A stretch of 60,218 bases of DNA, the filler included, from Sphacelaria rigidula (taxonomy: Eukaryota): assembly GCA_964200075.2 (NCBI GenBank). It is 9 parts of 9 records of this genome, joined end to end, with 100 filler letters (N's around TTAATTAATTAA, not from the genome) between each part and the next. Parts side by side here need not be neighbours in the genome. Positions count along the whole stretch, not along the records: positions 6,704 to 13,306 come from CAXNAA020019120.1; positions 13,407 to 20,009 come from CAXNAA020019121.1; positions 20,110 to 26,711 come from CAXNAA020019122.1; 6 more parts are not named here. One strand, given 5' to 3'. The notes beneath the pieces were generated by a model that worked only from the letters and a program-made list of their open reading frames with translations, was not told where the DNA came from and did not search any database. Shown piece after piece: positions 12,373 to 25,294 of this stretch; within the stretch, counting starts at the first letter, position 1, and each line of letters begins with the position of its first letter. A program made the translations under genes and the position numbers.

Positions 12373-12660
12373 GCCGGTCGCCCCGGTGGCTCAGTCGGTA
12401 ACCTTGAAACATTCTGACGGTTGGGTCGTGGGTTCAATTCTCGGAGCAATCTGGGATTTTTTCCCACATCGTGCCGAACAGTGGGGGGCGACTATGTCGT
12501 GGGAGCATAAAATTCGACTTGACGGTCGACGAGGGGAAGGAACTGCTGAACCCCTCTCGCGATAAAAAATAAAGGCAAACACCGCAAAAAGAAGGTGGGG
12601 TACTAGGAACAAATAAAAAATAAAAAGCTCCTGTGGCCTTCCTCCTGTGTAATCCCGGCT
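12373..12660 (+). mobile_element. tRNA-derived SINE copy (3'-truncated)
   Basis: CCGGTCGCCCCGGTGGCTCAGTCGGTAACC...GGGTTCAATTCTCGGAGCAATC... plus conserved body. Confidence 0.88.
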
Positions 12661-12714
12661 CAGATTGGCCCAGAATAGATGGGAGGACAACACCGCAAAC
12701 TCTACATCGTATTG

Positions 12715-13130
12715 TTATGCCGATGAATGGGGCCCAATTTTGGGCATCATATATATACAGGGGAAATGGACTGACCAACTACACAGTCAGTTGAATGCGG
12801 AAGAAATGAAACCTGCATGAGCCCATCAGTATCGATCACAAGTACACCCTTCACTCGAAATGACGACGGAGCTGATACAAAATGTACCACTGCTTTATTA
12901 CATTCTACAAGAACCCTGTGACTGACGTTGCTGTACACGCATGCGTGCACACGGTTACTTACAACAACACGAGAATCGAAGGTGCTGCTCGTGTTGTTGT
13001 TGTGCGCTCTGTGTTGCAGCATGTTGTTCTCATCTTTCAACGCAAATTTCTCGGCAACGAAGCAGAGGATTGGGTTGCGGTTTGATTCGTGCGCTTCCCA
13101 CACACCAAAACTATTCAGTGGCGCGGCGGA
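12715..13130 (+). repeat. Dispersed ~420-bp repeat; second copy inverted at ~54380-54790
   Basis: ATGAATGGGGCCC...CACTCGAAATGACGACG...GGCAACGAAGCAGAGGATTGG matches the reverse complement of 54380-54790. Confidence 0.8.
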
Positions 13131-13964
13131 TTTCCGTAACGCGTGCCGCGGGGCCCGCAGCACTTTGCAAACTGCCAAAATGTACGGGAAAACGCGTTTT
13201 CTGGAAAAGGGACGAAATACGAGCCGGGCCGTCTAAGAAGCTCACTTTCCTTCAGTCCGTTCTCGCGTACGATGTACCGCGAGTTGTGCCTACTATGACA
13301 CATCATNNNNNNNNNNNNNNNNNNNNNNNNNNNNNNNNNNNNNNNNNNNNTTAATTAATTAANNNNNNNNNNNNNNNNNNNNNNNNNNNNNNNNNNNNNN
13401 NNNNNNCGGCATTACAGGGTCCTCGGGAATCTGGTCCATTCGGACCGTTCCTACTTGTATCTGCTTGCTCTTGCTCTTTATACACGTGTGGTCTCAGTCT
13501 CTGATATGTCACTGCGAAGATGTATTCCCGACAAATTCTCGAAAAAATGCCCTCCGGGAGGGGGGGAGGGGGGGGAGTTACGTGTCCGAAAACAAAATTC
13601 GCGCTGCCCCCTGACCTACGGCATAGTCGCCCTCCACTATTGTTGGACATTAGAGAGTTTCGGAAAACTTTTTTCAAATCTTCAAACATAGCCGGTAACG
13701 GTGCATTCTCCGCTATGAAGTTTTTTCCAGAGCGTTTTTTTCAGAGTCAGAGGGCCGTTTGCACCACTTCACTCTGAAAACCGTTGCTCCTCTTCAGAGC
13801 TCATAGCGGAATGGAGAAAAACCACGCCCAACTTCACAGCTATGGTCACGTCCAGTCCAAAGTCAACACACCCTAACAAGAAAAGTGGGACATTCATTAT
13901 CCATCAAAACTGACATACTCATCACAACGGGCCATTCACGAAGTAGATAAGCTTGGCATGACAA

Positions 13965-14790
13965 TCAGAAGACCTCCCTGACGCCGCCATGGTATCAACA
14001 TTCGCTTGGTTGTGTTGCGTGAATATTCCAATGCTCGATGGACACACGTTGAGTTGGGTGCAGTTCCTCACTCTTGCCAGCCTCAGCTGGAAGAAGACGG
14101 TGGAAACGACTCGAGGTCTACAGCGCGCAACCAGTACTACACCTACCTGTATTCCCATCCCGTGAAAGATCCTGACGTCTTGCACCACGGTGATGAGTGC
14201 CATGTGGAGAAATTATCGCAATGCGGCCGAGGTCTGCTGTTTGAAAGTGCTGCGTACCGTACTGTCTGAACTAAAGTTGTTTGTACAACTGACTCTCTGT
14301 ACAGTATCGCTGTACAGTATAATAGTTAGGATTAGAGTGGAAGGAGAGTCATAACTGTCATGCTCATCACAATGGACCAGTCAAGAAGTAGAAACGCTTT
14401 GCATCGCAAATAGAAGACCTCCCTGGCGCTGCCACGGTACCAGCATCCGCTTGGTTGTGCTGAGTGAAAATTCAAATGCTCGGCGGATACACGCCGATGC
14501 TTTGGGTGCAGTTCCTCATTTTTGCCAGCCTCAGCAGTAAGAAGACGGTGTGAACGATTCATAGTCTACAACGCACAAGCAGTACTACACCTGGCTACAT
14601 TGCCCTTTCGTTAGAGGTCATGACTTCTTGCACCAAACTTATGGGTGGCATGTTGGGAAATTATCACGATGCGGCCTTGTCTGTTGTTTGAAAGTCCTGC
14701 CTACTACTGTACTGTTGTGCTGCTGTATTACTGCACAACTGACTGTCTGCACGGCATCGCTGTAGTTTAACGTACAGTACCACTCTGTAC
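13965..14790 (+). repeat. Diverged tandem duplication, period ~445 bp
   Basis: GAAGACCTCCCTG at 13968 and 14413, each followed by TTGGGTGCAGTTCCTCA, AGTACTACACCT and CAACTGACT motifs. Confidence 0.8.
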
Positions 14791-14834
14791 TCTGACTCTA
14801 TGATCAGAAACAAAATCTTTCGAAACTCTCTATT

Positions 14835-14929
14835 GTGTGAGAAAAAATCCCAGATCGCTCCGAGATTCAAACCCACGACCGAACCGTCAGACGGACTCAG
14901 GGTTACCCAATGAGCCACCGGGGTGACCG
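14835..14929 (-). mobile_element. tRNA-like SINE head
   Basis: Reverse complement CCGGTCACCCCGGTGGCTCATTGGGTAACC...GTGGGTTTGAATCTCGGAGCGATCTGGGATTTTTT. Confidence 0.8.
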
Positions 14930-15245
14930 GCTACTGGGTGCACCAAGATATTGCCATCTGGTTTGGCAGTGTAGAACATGTGAAATACATGTCACAGCGC
15001 ACCATATTCCAGGTGGTATCCAAAATGACAAATAATGGTAATTGCGCCGTGTTCAGGTGTGTGTATTCACTCTTGGGGATATATTCTCCCGCAGTCGTAC
15101 TGTACCTGCAAATATCAACGTCGCCCACCGGTAGGAAAGACGTTACAAACGTGAGCATGCCATTGTCGCCGGGGTGGCGCGTGAAGCGTGCTTATGGGAT
15201 CTTCGCGCAAGGTGTACAGATCGTGCGCACACACACAAACGTACT

Positions 15246-15560
15246 GTAGTCGCCACACGCTTGAGGAACTACTGCGAGCGTGAGGGCATCCCATCGGAAG
15301 AGCACAGCGGATTCTGTCCAGTCCGCTCGACCTCCGGCATAACGTTTGCGACCCGGCGGCTCCACGAGCTTGCGCGAAAGCAGAGCACCCAGCTCTAAAG
15401 TGTGCTTCATCAATTTCACCAAGGAGTACGAGTCCATCGACCGAGAGCTCGTTGTAGACCATGCTCAAGCGATTCGGCGTGCCCCCCAAGATGTTAGCGA
15501 TAATTCGCCTGTTCCACGACGGCATAAGGGCGCGTGTGCGGATGGACGACCGAGTCCACG
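15246..15560 (+). pseudogene. Decayed RTE-clade non-LTR retrotransposon reverse transcriptase fragment
   Basis: Reads [44 protein letters not shown], then CFINFTKEYESIDREL, then [30 protein letters not shown]. Matches the LINE RT pattern QxGFRxxRST...F(I/V)DxxKA(F/Y)DS(V/I)DR...GVP; contains stops and frameshifts. Confidence 0.85.
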
Positions 15561-16399
15561 ACCAATACGCACTCGGTCACCAGCGCAAAGGATCTCGTTT
15601 CTATATGTGAATCCGAGCTGCTGTCGCAAATCTTGACTTAAGTCACGTTCTTTTCAACTTTCAAAGCTAACAGTCCTGTCGCTCATCAACAGTCTCGTAG
15701 TTGCTGCTCCAGATGGTAGATTCCCTCGAAGACGTCTCGTCGACGATTTCTGATGTACGCGCCGCGCTGCAGCGCTGCAGCCGATGCCTCTTAGCCTCTT
15801 GGCGTATGTGACGATACGACCTAGCGAGGTCGCAAAGGCTGGCGCTGGTAGCAATTAAGCTAACCAAGGAGCGTGCCGAATGCACGAGACCGGGAGATGA
15901 TGCTGTTTCAAAAGGGCGCTTGCGGCCAACAAATAGTTGAAGCATGGACCGTGTCGAATGTCCAGGGGATACTGAAAACTGACAAACGAAGAATTGAAGG
16001 TTACAGAAGGGAGGAGAGAGAGGGAGAGGTGAACTGCATGGGAATGATCTTGTTCTTTCGTCGGCTAGCCTGCTGCTCTGTTCTTGAAGCTCGCATCCTT
16101 GATGCCTTCAGTGCGCCTGCCTTGTCGAAGGTCGGGTCGTCCATACCTACAGTATTGTATATCTACAAAGGCGAATGAAATTCTGCGCGAAAACAGAATT
16201 TTCTCGGAATGCCCATCAAGTCTCCAGAGTATCATGACAACTGACCTATTCTATAGTACACATACGTATGCACGTATTACTCCCAGAAATAATAGACACA
16301 GCTTTCTCATCGTAACGCAGCATAGTAGCTGCTACGTCTTCAGCAATAAACCAATGCTACTGAACATTGCTTAGGTAAGTAGATGGTCTGAAGCCCCGT

Positions 16400-19300
16400 T
16401 GTCAACACGGATCTGGTCCCGCGTCCGCTTCCCCTACCACCTCCCTTCCGCCGTCGCGCTAGCACGACTTCCCACCAGGAGTCATATGAGCATCTACTCT
16501 CGACGCGCTGCTAGCTCCAGTTGCCTCGCCCTTCGACAGTACGCGGTGGACCTGTCCCTTCCATGGTTCGCCGTTTGAGAAGCCCCTCCCATGATGAGAT
16601 CGGCCGAATGCGCTCCTATTTTCGCCATCTGCACCACCAGTGGGACTCGCATCCAGCCAACAGATAAACGAGAACCAAATGTGCCAAGATTACTGTCCGT
16701 GAGGTGGTCAAGAACTCTCGCTCCAGTCCCTCAGATTCACGATCGCGCAGTATACCGTGTTCATCAGCACGTACATGGGCCACCACCATTCACAATGCGT
16801 GCTACATTGTCTTACACCGCGTCTGAGGCGTAATACACCCGGGGGACATGGCCCGGAGTACAATAACCCATTGATCCGTATCGGTGAAAGTCACGAGACA
16901 ATTTTTCAAGTGCTTCTCGAACAATCTCCCGGAGCAAATGATAAAGGGCAGTGCGGACGTCTTTCCCTCACCTATGCCGATTCAGCTACGCAGTGGACAC
17001 TCCAATCAGGTCCACTGCTATGGCGCCACCACAACGGATTGTGTTGCGAGTAACGACTAGACGGGTGGGAGAGTGCCACACTTGGCAGATGTCCTTCTCT
17101 TGCCGCCACTGTTCGCCCTCTCACTGTCTGCTAACGCGGTAAGATACAATGGTGAAATCGCCCCAACCCCAACAAGGGCGCCAACACCCGCATCCGGCGC
17201 CGTCGTCGACGCTGGCGCTACCCCGCGTGGTCTCCTGCCTGTCACCGCCGCAAGATATGTCCGCGGCGCCGCCCCTGCCAGACCTCTGCCGTCGATACCT
17301 CCGTCCGCCAAGTTGCCTCTAACCGGCGGCATCACCGCTCCTCCCCGTCCCCCAACCCGCCTGACGCCGTCGTTGCATTCGACCGGCGAGCCTCCACCAC
17401 CAGCCCGCCGCCAACAACAGTCGCGCCTGTCGCCACTACTGCCGCTGCCGCCGCCGTCATTCGCCGCCCTGGCTCGTCTACCCCCACTGCTATATTCGAC
17501 TGCAGGGTCACCTGCCCCGAGCTCGGATCCAGCAACACCGGCGCACCCCGTCGCGCTCGCCATCACCGCCGCCGCTTTCGCACCACCGCCACCGCAGTCT
17601 GCTTGGTGGGCCCTGTCGCACGCACGCTGGGTGCCGTAGCCGACACAGACCCGTGCCCGCCGGCCGCCGTCGTCGCAGAAGTCCCTCCTTGCTCCCGTCC
17701 AACGTGCCCTTCCACCCTTGCCACAGCCGTTGGCATAAAGATGCCCAAGGCAGGCGGTATGCTGGCCTCGTGCGTGACGATCAAGGGTCCATCCTTATTC
17801 TTGAGTGGTACTCGCTTGACACGAAGACCAGGTGATTCCCCACATACTTGTGTTTTCCCGAAGCAAGCTCTGGACGCCTGGCCCTCGGGGAAGGGCCTCG
17901 TCAACGTTGGGTGGGCCTTCGTGCACCTTTGGAGCTTATCCGCTCGCTGTCGTTGCTCATGCGCCGTGATCATTTCCGTGTCGGGGTCGTCGTATGTAAG
18001 CGTCAACATCTCCGTCCCAGCGTCCGTCCATTCAGTGCGCATCTTGGCCACGTGGTAGGCTTCGACTACCGGGTACCCGCCCTCTGAAACGGCTTGATGA
18101 GGTTCCCTGTGCCCCTCCACAGTGCAGTTAGCGGCACCACCCTGTGCTTCGTAGTACGCATCCAGGTTTTTCCCATCGGGACAGGTCGACCTTCTTTACT
18201 GCACGGCCGAACTGTCATTGGGGTGCACTAACTCCGAGCAGGAAACACGGTGGGACCGGATCAAACGGGCAACGGGGCGGCATGAGGGAAATATGAACGT
18301 GCATCAGGGGGAGATGAATCGATTGATCTGTCCATTTGGAGTATTCCCTCCGATTAGACTCGAGAAAATGCCACATTGGTTCACCACTACCCCTAATATT
18401 TTGGCAACGACAGCCAAAGGCAGGCGGCCAATTGCCTGAGGTTGAGAGGTCGAGGTGAAATGTGCTCGTTTCCCGCCGTTGTCGCCATCAGGACACAGAT
18501 GGATAGTACACATACCTCTCACTTCCATTGGAACCGAGGAAGCTGAAAGAAAGGAACGGAGGCTACGAGCTTGAAAAGTATCCCCTCCTTCTCCTTCTAG
18601 GGAATATTGGGCACCCCCACGATCCCGCGCAAAGTCAGCAGCTCCCGCGTGCACATGGTGTTGTTCTTTATGCTGGACGTCAAAGCCGAGTTCCTGCCTT
18701 GACTGTCTTCTTCGGTTTGGTCGTGATCCTATTCGACGGGATCATATATGCCTTCTGCTTAGTTGCGCCTTCATTGGTCTTGTCGCCAAACACGTCGCAC
18801 GCGATATTATCCTCCGGCTTTTTCTGAGACACGCTGGAGGAAGAAAGAACGGCCACTACCTGCGGGCCGCTGATGACTCGCCCGTCGAGCGCATGAAGGA
18901 CCTCTTTGTCAGCCGGCCCAAAGGCAGGAGTACGGTGTAGCTTCTGATACGCCTTAGTGTCTTAGGGTTGGTGCTCGAGGAATAGCTCTCTTGCAATATT
19001 CCGCCCGGAGCCCTTCCCGAAAACAGTCGTTCCTTCACCTCTCCGTCCGCCACATCTCGGCATCCGGCAATGGGAGCAAGCTTCTCGAGCTCAGGAGGGG
19101 CCTCCAGTTGACGGCATTTTTCAAAAGCCTATTCGCCACGTCCTGCCGCTCTTCAAACCCCACTCTTACTCAAGTCCTGTTGTTGCCCAACGATACCGGA
19201 TATAGCTATTCCACGATCTCCAATTCCGATTCGGGCATCTATGCCATATGTGCATGGGGTGGAGGACGACCAGCCACTGGTGATGGTCCTTACCTGTTAC

Positions 19301-19750
19301 ACAGAATATAGCTGCTATGAGGCAAAGGCCTGCCAGACGAAGCAGGAAGTTGCCCGTGAGCAGGCCCGTCCGAAACGCCATATACGCTGGGCAGGCAGTA
19401 ATGGAGGGCGAAGCTCTCCCACACCCGGAAGCTCTCGTGGTTTCCCGCTGTACTATATTCCGCTGTCCATCACGTCCATGTACTCGTGTGGGGTAAAACC
19501 CGAAGTTTTTCGAACCCCATTCAACTCGTTTCATCTGCGACATGGATGGCTTCCAGCAAGTTATTTTGCTATGGGAAGCTTGTGCTCTCTAGATGGTGAA
19601 AACCTTCTCTGTGTCTCTGTCGATGGCGTCACGCGATGCTGTGTTGTCCGCTGCCGCATGTATAGGACGTGCGGAACCTCCATGCGAAATCGGGATATTT
19701 GGCCATCATCGACCGCTTCCTACGGAGGCGTCTACATTTGTAGAGGAAAA
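16400..19750 (-). mobile_element. Decayed GC-rich, intron-less coding-like block, possibly a retroelement ORF1/gag-like relic
   Basis: Successive broken minus-strand frames (18856-19053, 18304-18654, 17563-18120, 17057-17566); no motif recognised with certainty. Confidence 0.3.
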
Positions 19751-21432
19751 ATCCTGGGTGTAACACTGAAGTAGAATTTTGATATACGCACGCTAGATAA
19801 TGGCCCTAAACGTAGGGGGCGCATGAATCTCCCATTTGTTATCCCCCCCACCCCCCACCCCCTAAAAGCTTCGTAGGGATGCGAGGCCAATGGTCACATG
19901 ACTACGGCATGCAATATCATGAGTACGCAACCCGTAAAACCCACAAGACAGTGTAGAATTTTGACATACGCACGCTAGATGATGACCCAAAACGTAGGGG
20001 GGGGGGGGGNNNNNNNNNNNNNNNNNNNNNNNNNNNNNNNNNNNNNNNNNNNNTTAATTAATTAANNNNNNNNNNNNNNNNNNNNNNNNNNNNNNNNNNN
20101 NNNNNNNNNTTCTCTTCTTAACTAGTATCCTCTTTTTACGACTCTTTCGCCTGGTGATGTGTCGGGTGATGGGGGGGTGAAGGGATGGGGGGCAGACGTG
20201 ATACGTTGGCAGCCCTTCGATCGCTGAGCTGGTCTGTTTTCGAGTCTCGCCCGTGTATCGTACAATGTGGCAAGGGGCATCACCAATCATCGTCATCACC
20301 ATCATCATCACCGTCAGATATACATGTACATATCTAAATGAAAATATATCCTCCTCTGAAGTATGTACCGAAGCACGATTCAATCTTCGGCAGTAAAAAA
20401 CGAAAAATGTTGGAAAAAAAAATCAGACACGAAAAATGACTAGAAAAACACCCTACAGTCGAGTACGTCGCGAGAATAAACGCCGGGTATATATTTGCCT
20501 TCCGCGATCCATTCTGCCTCCGCAACAGGATGATACATCAAGCAGAGGAGCAAAAATAGGGCCCCACCGGTGGTCGACCACCGGAAAAAAGAGTCTACAG
20601 TGTCGATAGAGTGAGTGCATCGAAGAGACAAACGAGTCTGCCCCGAGAATTCGATCACGCCTCCGTCTTGCCCATCTCGCCCGTTTACTGGCGCTGCTGT
20701 TCCATCTTTCGGGTGCTTCGAGTCGCGCACGAGAGACTGCAGAATCATGAATCGTTGCACATGTTGACCAACCATCCTTCGTCGGTTGCACGCCCTGTTT
20801 ATGAACCATATTCCAAATGTAGCCTTCCTTCATTAGCATTTGCATTTCAATCCGCCTACTCCAGTCCCCAAAACGAACATCGACCCATGTTTTGTGTCGG
20901 CGAGAGGCAAGCTGACGAAGCGACACCGATCGTAAGGCGGAGTAGTTACGTGACTTCTTCAAAATCCTGGAACACCAGCACCGGGAAACGACAAAGTCAT
21001 ACAGTGTGAAGTCCATTTCTTGGCCGAGAACGCACGGGAACCGGCGCATGCAAGTGTTTTCATGCTCCAAAAGTATCCGAATCTTCAAGTACCCACCCTT
21101 ACAACATACGTTTCAGGGAAAGCAAATACTTTACACCTTCAGCATCTTTACATCTCACCCATCCTCTGTCTTTTCCCCGTGAAGATGATAGTTGCACGCC
21201 TGGTATGCGCCTGCGTGTGCTACAGGCATGTCTACTACATATATACGAAGTACAAGACACAACGAAGGGCTATCAGTAGACTGGAAAAGGTGGACCCTTT
21301 TTTATTCCCTTCGACAGCTCAGGGTACTGCATGGCCAAAAAAACACGGGAAATAAACAAGGGAACACTGTTGGGAAAAGAATGGAAGAAATTGAAGAGAA
21401 AAAAACGGGAAAAAAAAAAAAATAGTCCTCAC

Positions 21433-21654
21433 AATTCCGTCGTCAGGATCCGCCGAACCGAACCATTCAGGCAACAGCAGCGGCGAGTATCTCTGGTTCT
21501 CGATCTTGGAAGGTGTGTTTCCGCCGAAGGTAGACTTTTCGATGGTGAAGTCCCAGTAAGGGACAGTGAGCTTGGGGTTGACTAGCTGCAGGCTGTATTC
21601 GAAGGTGTTGGTGAGCAGAGAATGGCTCGTCAAGAAGCCGAGCCCCTCGTGGAA
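21433..21654 (-). CDS. Tyrosinase-like (type-3 copper) protein, internal exon
   Basis: cag|FHEGLGFLTSHSLLTNTFEYSLQLVNPKLTVPYWDFTIE...WFGSADPDDGI|gtgag; CuA H-x8-H pattern and PYWD motif; 222 nt, phase 0/0. Confidence 0.85.
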
Positions 21655-22211
21655 CTGCTCCCTCGACATGAGACGCGCGCGGGGCACAATAAAACAGCAA
21701 TCGGAGAAACACACAAGAAAACGGATAAGAAACGGGGGCACTCAGTTATTCTGGCGCCCGCAGATTCACAACTAATGGTGTCTGGCCGGCATTCATCGAG
21801 CCAAGACGATGACCTGTGGAAACCTCTTCACCGCCAAGGTAGGACCATCTGGACCTTCCCGTTTTTTTCTCCAGTGCAAAAAGGTGACGATTCAACATTT
21901 TACCGCACGCCGGCGCTAAACTGGCTACCTGATATATCCACTCGGGCACATGATCAGCAAAATTTCAAGAGCAATGTTTGCAGAGAAGAATTTTCGACGA
22001 TATCCGAGGGGAGGCCTATGTCCGAGCTCAGGCATCACCCTGCCCGCCTCACCGCCTCACCGTCGGTTTTGAACCTTGCAGGCAAAAATTACTCTTTGGA
22101 CAAGAGACACTGTTGAGGTAGTACGGAGGCCTTTGCAAGCCGCTAATTAGCTACAGGAGTATTCCAATGTACACAAAAAAATGATCAGAGGAGCTATTCC
22201 CTCCCCCCCAC

Positions 22212-22290
22212 CGGCTTGCTCCGTCCCAGCTTTCTAGGGATGCGAGGTCAGTGGTTTCATGACTGTGGCATGCAAGATCACGGGTACCTC
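22212..22290 (+). repeat. Dispersed short repeat family. Copies also at ~90-135(-), 19865-19925, 42265-42335, 44655-44700, 53885-53930(-)
   Basis: Shared GTGTGCTCCGTCCCGGCTTTGTAGGGATGCGAGGTC...ATGACTRCGGCATGCA, often next to poly-C/G runs. Confidence 0.7.
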
Positions 22291-22767
22291 CCCCGCCCCC
22301 CCCGCCCCCCCGTCATTTTGTTTAGGTTTGGAAGCAAAGAGTGTATTATCCTTGTTCCGCCTCCAGGGACATGCTTTCAACGTTTGAACGGACTTCATTT
22401 TCGTAAGTATGGTCGCTGCCAGTATTCTGTGAGGGAGACAAGATATTAAAGCCGCATTGACGTCAACAAATCTCGTCAGCGCGCGCTCTGGAAATCAGAT
22501 TTCAATTTCCCTGTGCTGTGCCAACAGCATTTTATGCTGTACAACTAATTTTGAGTAGCTGTGGGCAGCACCAACCATGTGGAGAAAACTAAACCGCGAC
22601 ATACGATCAAACACGTGCACAAGCGTGAAATTGATTTTTCTTCAGGCAGCTACGGGGGCATGTACAACCGGCGTTGAAAACATCTGCAGGTCGTGCACAA
22701 CGCCGACCGATTGCTGTTCGTGCACAAAATTTGGCTAGAACAGGCGAAGAAGGAAGATTGACCTCAC

Positions 22768-22896
22768 GTGATCGCAGGTTGACGAGCCGCCTCCCTTGAA
22801 GTGCAGGCGGTTAATCGCCCATATGTCCTGGTAGTTCTCGCCGTATACCTCCTGTCCGTTCCCACCCATCACCTTCACGTTCCACAAAGTCGCCAT
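22768..22896 (-). CDS. Tyrosinase-like protein, preceding exon
   Basis: cag|MATLWNVKVMGGNGQEVYGENYQDIWAINRLHFKGGGSSTCDH|gtgag; 129 nt; joins in frame to FHEGLG, supplying the first CuA His. Confidence 0.8.
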
Positions 22897-24289
22897 CTGA
22901 ATGCCTCAAAAGTATAGGTACAAGCAGTCATCATCCAATACGGCACGCACGAAGCAAGTAGCACGACGATGGACGCGTGCGAGGGAGACATGAAATAATT
23001 TAAATTAGAGAGAAGGTGAAATTTTGACGTCTAGTACTAGCAAAAGCTTAGAGAAGTTGCGATTTTGACGTGTAATGAACACATTTCATGGTTTCGACCC
23101 CAAAGAGGGCAGATTTCAAAGGATGGGGGAGAACGGAGAGGGTGTCACGGCCTTGAGTTGAAGGGAGCCCTTTGGTTGGGACTGACCTCAGCTTCGGTTA
23201 CGAAACACCAAGTTCTGGAATTTACACGGGATTAGACCCTTTTGTCGCTGCGCATGTGCGCGTGAGATAGGATGAAAGAAGGAAGGCCCGTACATCCCTT
23301 TCACCTATACTTCCGGGTGCTTTGTACGTACCCGCTGTAATTTGTTTTCACTAACATTCGGACTCCTCCCTTCTTTGGATCGAAACCATAACGGGCAATC
23401 AGAATTACCTGCGAAGGTAGCGGATCCTTCGGACTTCCCATACAACCCATTCCTGCAAGCCTACTGTCCGGCGTTTCCACAGTGTTTGCGCGTTGCAGTT
23501 GGTAGTTTACCAGTATCTCGTGTGCAGACATCAGAAAGGGGGCGAAATAGTACCGCGGATGTCTTGTGAATATTTCAAGTCGGCGGGAGTGTTTCGCGTG
23601 TGAGGATAGACGGTCATTATTTTTCTACATCATATCCATTTGTTTTCTACAAGCTTTTGATTTCTCTCGCTATGGCGTCCAGGTGTCTGGAGTTTATACT
23701 TCTTTGTACATCCAGCGGTGACGTTTCTTCGTGTTTGGTATGAACAACAGAAAAAGCGAGCGCGCATTTGCATTCATGATTTATCGCGCAGTTTCGACGT
23801 TTGGCGCGTTTGTTGTTGAATAATGAGGAGTACGCTCGCAGTGCGCAGCGCGTAGGGTCGAGGTGACTGCTCAAATTCGATCGGAATACTGTAGTGAGCG
23901 CGGAATATACTTCGGCTTATCACCGGCTTGATGAACAAGACACTATGCTGTAATATTTACAACGAATCACACCTGGCGTTGTAATCAACCATCAATACCT
24001 CCTTTACTTCTTGCCTCTTGCACGATGAAGAAACATTCTTGTTACACCGGAGCATCACACCGCGTGTTGTGCCGCCACTTCTACGATGTCAGATAACAAA
24101 TCACTTGTGCTGCTGTACCTCAATATAATCAGGCGTGCACCCACTCCGTGTTAGGTTGCTCATGTATCAGTGTAGTACCGTGAGGTCTTGCAAGCTGAGT
24201 TCCCACCAAAACAGCCGTATCGTATCGTTTCGTATCGATACATATCGGGTCATTTCCTGGGCATCGAATAAAGTATCGATATCGACGTC

Positions 24290-24637
24290 TGTCTGTCGTC
24301 ATCCCATCTACTCCGGACGCTGGTCTACACCTTTCGGTATATGTGGGCGCACCAGCCGGGGTCACACAGGAGAAGAGCCAACACAGCAAGTTCTTTTTTT
24401 TGTTTGTTTCGGTCCTCCACCTTCCTTCTGCGGTGCTCGCCTCCCCTTTTTGCGAGAGGGGTTCAGCAGCCCCTTCGCTCGTCAACCGTGAAATCAAGTT
24501 TTGTGTGCCTACGACGTAGTCGCTCTCCACCGTTGGGAACTGTGTGGGGAAAAATCCCAGATCGCTCTGAGATTCGAATCCACGACCCAACCGTCAAAAT
24601 GTGTCGAGGTTACCAACGAAGCCTGCGGGGCGACCGG
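24290..24637 (-). mobile_element. tRNA-derived SINE, near full length
   Basis: Reverse complement of head (CCGGTCGCCCCGCAGGCTTCGTTGGTAACC...GGATTCGAATCTC) and body (GCGCCCACATATACCGAAAGGTGTAGA). Confidence 0.88.
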
Positions 24638-24823
24638 GTAGATCGTCTCTAAATCGATATTTTGAAAATATCGTACAGTATCGATTTTTTTCGTTCGATA
24701 TTCAGCACTACAGTACCACTTTTTTTTTTTTTTTTTTTTCCCCGTTCGACATCCAACATTGCCTGTACAGACAGTATATTACAGTACAGTACAGGGGTAG
24801 GCTTTTACTTACTATGCTACTAA

Positions 24824-25294
24824 GGCCGGATATTATGGCAAACAGTTTTTTGGCCCACGGATTGTTCACCTTAGGGACATTTGACCCCCAAACAGGGAAA
24901 AGCGCCAACACACGTCTTGGACACTTTTCATCACCCCACAGAGAGGAGCCTAGCCCATTTTTCAGATTCGCTTGGCTCCGAGGTTTCAAGATTGGCCGCT
25001 GAACAAACATTTGTGTGCGAAAATCCGTGCTTGCCGACCCCCACCAGTTTGCCTAATATTCTGTGGAGATCGCCGTAGATTTTGTTGCACACGGATTTTT
25101 GTTCAGCGGCCGCTCTCGAAATCTTAGAGCCTAGCGAATCTGAAAAGTGGGCTAGGCTTCTCTTTGTAGGTTGATGCAAAGTGTCCAAGACGTGTTGGCG
25201 ATGTTTCCTGTTTGGGGGTCAAAAAAGTGTGGCTCAAACGCCATAAAAGTGAACAATCCGTTGGCCAGAAGTCTGAGTGCCATAACATCCGGCT
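24824..25294. mobile_element. PIF/Harbinger-like foldback MITE with ~200-bp arms and TAA TSD
   Basis: TAA|GGCCGGATATTATGGCA ... TGCCATAACATCCGGCT|TAA; arms complementary over most of their length; related TIR start at ~6437. Confidence 0.8.

Noticed and set aside
15667..15945. 92-aa minus-strand ORF as a terminal exon
   Set aside because: Plausible composition but no identifiable homology
20440..21088. 211-aa minus-strand ORF as the next tyrosinase exon
   Set aside because: No CuB or other tyrosinase motif and no convincing splice sites
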